Part shown: piece after piece, positions 38,086 to 40,217 of the stretch
Numbering within the stretch: the first letter of the stretch is position 1
Layout of the letters: each line of letters opens with the position of its first letter
Assembly (NCBI GenBank): GCA_041917875.1
Contig: JAYRWZ010000170.1
Location: 1 to 40,217 of the forward strand
DNA length: 40,217 nt
Origin: Chloroflexota bacterium
Lineage (GTDB): Bacteria; Bacteroidota; Ignavibacteria; Kapaibacteriales; UBA961
Direction of reading: 5' to 3'
The notes under the pieces: model-generated
What the model saw: only the letters and a program-made list of their open reading frames with translations
Told to the model about the DNA's origin: nothing
The model's database searches: none
Position numbers and translations under genes: made by a program

Positions 38086-39588
38086 TTAGACCTTAACAAA
38101 AATAGATTCATAGCTGCGTTTATCTGTTTTTGCACGGACAATATATTGCCCCGATGCCAGATATTCCGTCATCATAATGCACCCTAATATCCCGATATTT
38201 TGATATGGTACCGTAATGGTTTCACCGTATAGAGAAAACACATCTAAAGATCGTATTGGTTCGGATACGACGGATAATCTCAGTTCGGATGAACAGGGAT
38301 TAGGAGACAGGAATAGTTCTTGATTACTATTATTTTTATATAAAAAAGGGATATTTTCGTTAATTCCTGAAAGGACATTCGGATAAAGAGATAACCCCAA
38401 AGCACCAAACCAATCTGTGAGCAAAGTGGAATATATTTGCCGAAAATCATAGACAAAACGGATATTCCCTACATCGTCAAGATTTACAAGGTCAGGATTA
38501 TCGCCATAGACACCGCCAATTACATTATTGCCGATAATCAATACAGGAGCTGCTGCACCGTGATCTGTCCCCGAACCGTTGGGGCGCACTCTCCGCCCGA
38601 ATTCACTATAAAGCACTATGAGTATTTCATCGGCAATACCTAATTCTTCACAATCTCTTTGAAATTCATAGACCACATCCATTACTTCACGTAAAGAACG
38701 TTGTTGAAGTCGCAGAAGATATTCGTGATTATCGAATAATAAATCGGTAATAATCGAATAGACAGGGGTTTGCAATCCGCCTGCAATCAATCGAGCCACT
38801 GTTGACAATTCAGCGGCAATCCGATTAAGAGAATTATAGGAACGAGTATTAACAATATTTTTGTGAAGTATATTTTGTATTAAATGTAAAAAAGTATGTG
38901 AAGTATTTCGTATTTCATTGATATACTGTTGTTCTATACGTGAAGAAGAAAGCGAAGTGCTGCCATTATTTATTTTTTCGGGAATAATAACATTTCCATT
39001 GAAGGCAAACCCCATATCGTGCGTGCGTCCTAATAAAAATCGGCTTAAAGAAGAACCCAACTCAATCGCCGGTGGGTATGTGGGTAATTGCCCATTATAT
39101 CGTGATTCCAAATAACGCCCCATCCATCCGCTATATTCCATCCTGCCACTTACATTTGCTGTCAATCACACATCTGTCGAATGAAAATGCGATAAATCCT
39201 GATGCGGATACCCCACATTTTGCACCACTGCAACTTTATGCTCTTTATACAATTCATATAATCCGGTGAGAGCAGGATGAAAACCCAAGGAACGATGATC
39301 CGGTAATGGCAACACTTCATGTGGATGAATTGCGCATGGAACAACGCTCTGTTCTTGGCGCATCTGATAGTAAAGCGGATCTTGATAGGGCACAACAGTA
39401 TTCAGCCCATCATTGCCGCCAAACATACGGATAAACACAATTTTTCTGTTTTCTATAGGAGGTAATTGCCCGCCGGTTAAAAGCAGAGGATCGCGTGCAA
39501 ATGCCGATTGAAACGGAAGTGAATGTACTAAAGGCACACCGATACCTGTTTGTGCAATGATGCGCAATAACTGGCGACGAGTTATCAT
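38086..39588 (-). pseudogene. DUF1501-family protein (Tat signal, T9SS CTD) interrupted by one in-frame TGA at 39166-39168
   Basis: Track ORFs 39166-39588 and 38086-39165 are in the same frame and separated only by a TGA. The joined sequence is ...GGNDGLNTVVPY...NVGYPHQDLSHFHSTDV*LTAN...SGWMGRYLE. It matches the DUF1501 pattern GGNDGLNTVVPY...[21 protein letters not shown]...TGWLGRYL as I remember it, with the stop at the conserved Trp. The alternative to a pseudogene is an intact gene expressed by read-through. Confidence 0.7.
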
Positions 39589-39597
39589 GAGAGTTCC

Positions 39598-40217
39598 TTA
39601 ATATAATTGAAATGAGGCATGAGAAACAAGAATATTCAAGCATTGTACAATGCGTTGCTCTACTCGCATTTTCTCATCATCGTAATCCCAATCCGCATCG
39701 CTGCCGCCATCAAGAATAACATTGATCAATTGCTGTCGTTCCACAACATCCAATACATCAGGTAACAAATACCGAGATAAATCCAAACATAATTTTGAAG
39801 GTATTTCTTCAGACGAAAAACGTGCTGCAAGTGCACGAATATTACAATTATAAACATACGGAGGAAACGGATATGAAAATGTTAGCAGGCGATTATTGAC
39901 TATATCTTTTGCAAACTGTAACCTTCTCGGCAAAACTGATGAATTCACCCAATCTCTTCCGCCAACCCAGCCGGATACATTCGGCGGATTATACATCACT
40001 TGTCCCCATTCTTCCAGCCGCTCAATAATATCACCATAACGTGTTTGTGTTTTTTCAAAATCAGGTATATTCGTCAGTTCCAATTGTCGAATCATTCCTG
40101 TGATATATTCTATATGACTCTTTTTCAATACCCCGATATTTTCTTTATGGAAAAAATATTCACTGTGTAACATGGTTTTTATAATGGGAGCAATTTCCCA
40201 ATTATTCTCAATAAATA
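39598..40217 (-). CDS. DUF1800-family protein, partial; the N-terminus runs off the window
   Basis: The frame stays open upstream of the track's Met (...FIENNWEIAPIIKT-MLHSEYFF...) to the window edge. It stops 9 nt before the DUF1501 start. DUF1800-DUF1501 is a well-known conserved gene pair. Confidence 0.65.
   Translation of the reverse strand, partial: FIENNWEIAPIIKTMLHSEYFFHKENIGVLKKSHIEYITGMIRQLELTNIPDFEKTQTRYGDIIERLEEWGQVMYNPPNVSGWVGGRDWVNSSVLPRRLQFAKDIVNNRLLTFSYPFPPYVYNCNIRALAARFSSEEIPSKLCLDLSRYLLPDVLDVVERQQLINVILDGGSDADWDYDDEKMRVEQRIVQCLNILVSHASFQLY

Noticed and set aside
39166-39168. Selenocysteine, or a genetic-code reassignment of TGA (code 4 or 25), as the explanation for the in-frame TGA in DUF1501.
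   Set aside because: The codon aligns with a conserved Trp, not Cys. I see no SECIS-like hairpin in the ~65 nt downstream. TGA clearly terminates rplP, rplD, rplC, rplX, the sigma factor and the esterase at their expected C-termini, so a global reassignment is not supported. Local read-through remains possible and is reported as a finding.
1-40217. tRNA, rRNA, CRISPR arrays, transposases, integrases, and phage or defence-system genes.
   Set aside because: I scanned all spacers over 60 nt (1657-1896, 6941-7115, 10464-10625, 12373-12481, 24696-24802, 29105-29254, 31352-31684, 34777-34908, 35821-36131, 36867-37040, 37860-38085). None has tRNA-like GC-rich cloverleaf segments or regularly spaced repeats. 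Every ORF over 100 aa is accounted for by the genes listed.

Overview
AT-rich bacterial chromosome segment. All genes except mazG are on the minus strand. Three features point to the FCB group (Bacteroidota/Ignavibacteriota-like): T9SS C-terminal sorting domains, TTG-N19/20-TAATTTTG promoters and a Cys-less L36. The core (10626-29104) is one uninterrupted str-S10-spc-alpha ribosomal supercluster: rpsL-rpsG-EF-G-tuf-rpsJ...rplQ, including secY, infA, rpmJ and rpoA, but lacking rpsD, adk and map. A second, separately transcribed EF-G paralogue sits just upstream (29255-31351). Left flank: a partial secreted beta-helix protein; an ECF-sigma operon (sigma, membrane protein with T9SS CTD, VIT-vWA-beta-barrel fusion, GNAT); and a lipoprotein/OM-barrel/PAP2 operon. 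Right flank: ruvB, aspartokinase, a CxC thioredoxin-like lipoprotein, hslO, an esterase, mazG, and a DUF1800/DUF1501 pair. The DUF1501 gene is interrupted by an in-frame TGA at a conserved Trp position. No tRNA, rRNA, CRISPR array, transposase or phage gene was seen. Points worth a second look: (1) the mitochondrial-type EF-G1/EF-G2 split around rpsL-rpsG; (2) the sigma/T9SS-tagged membrane protein/VIT-vWA-barrel operon; (3) the TGA-at-Trp interruption, together with 4 of 6 TGA-terminated genes carrying an immediately adjacent backup stop; (4) a 119-bp long-range inverted-repeat element after rplQ; (5) a dispersed intergenic repeat containing a tandem 13-mer. I see no clear-cut novel multi-gene system such as a defence island. 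Most of the window is ordinary core genome.
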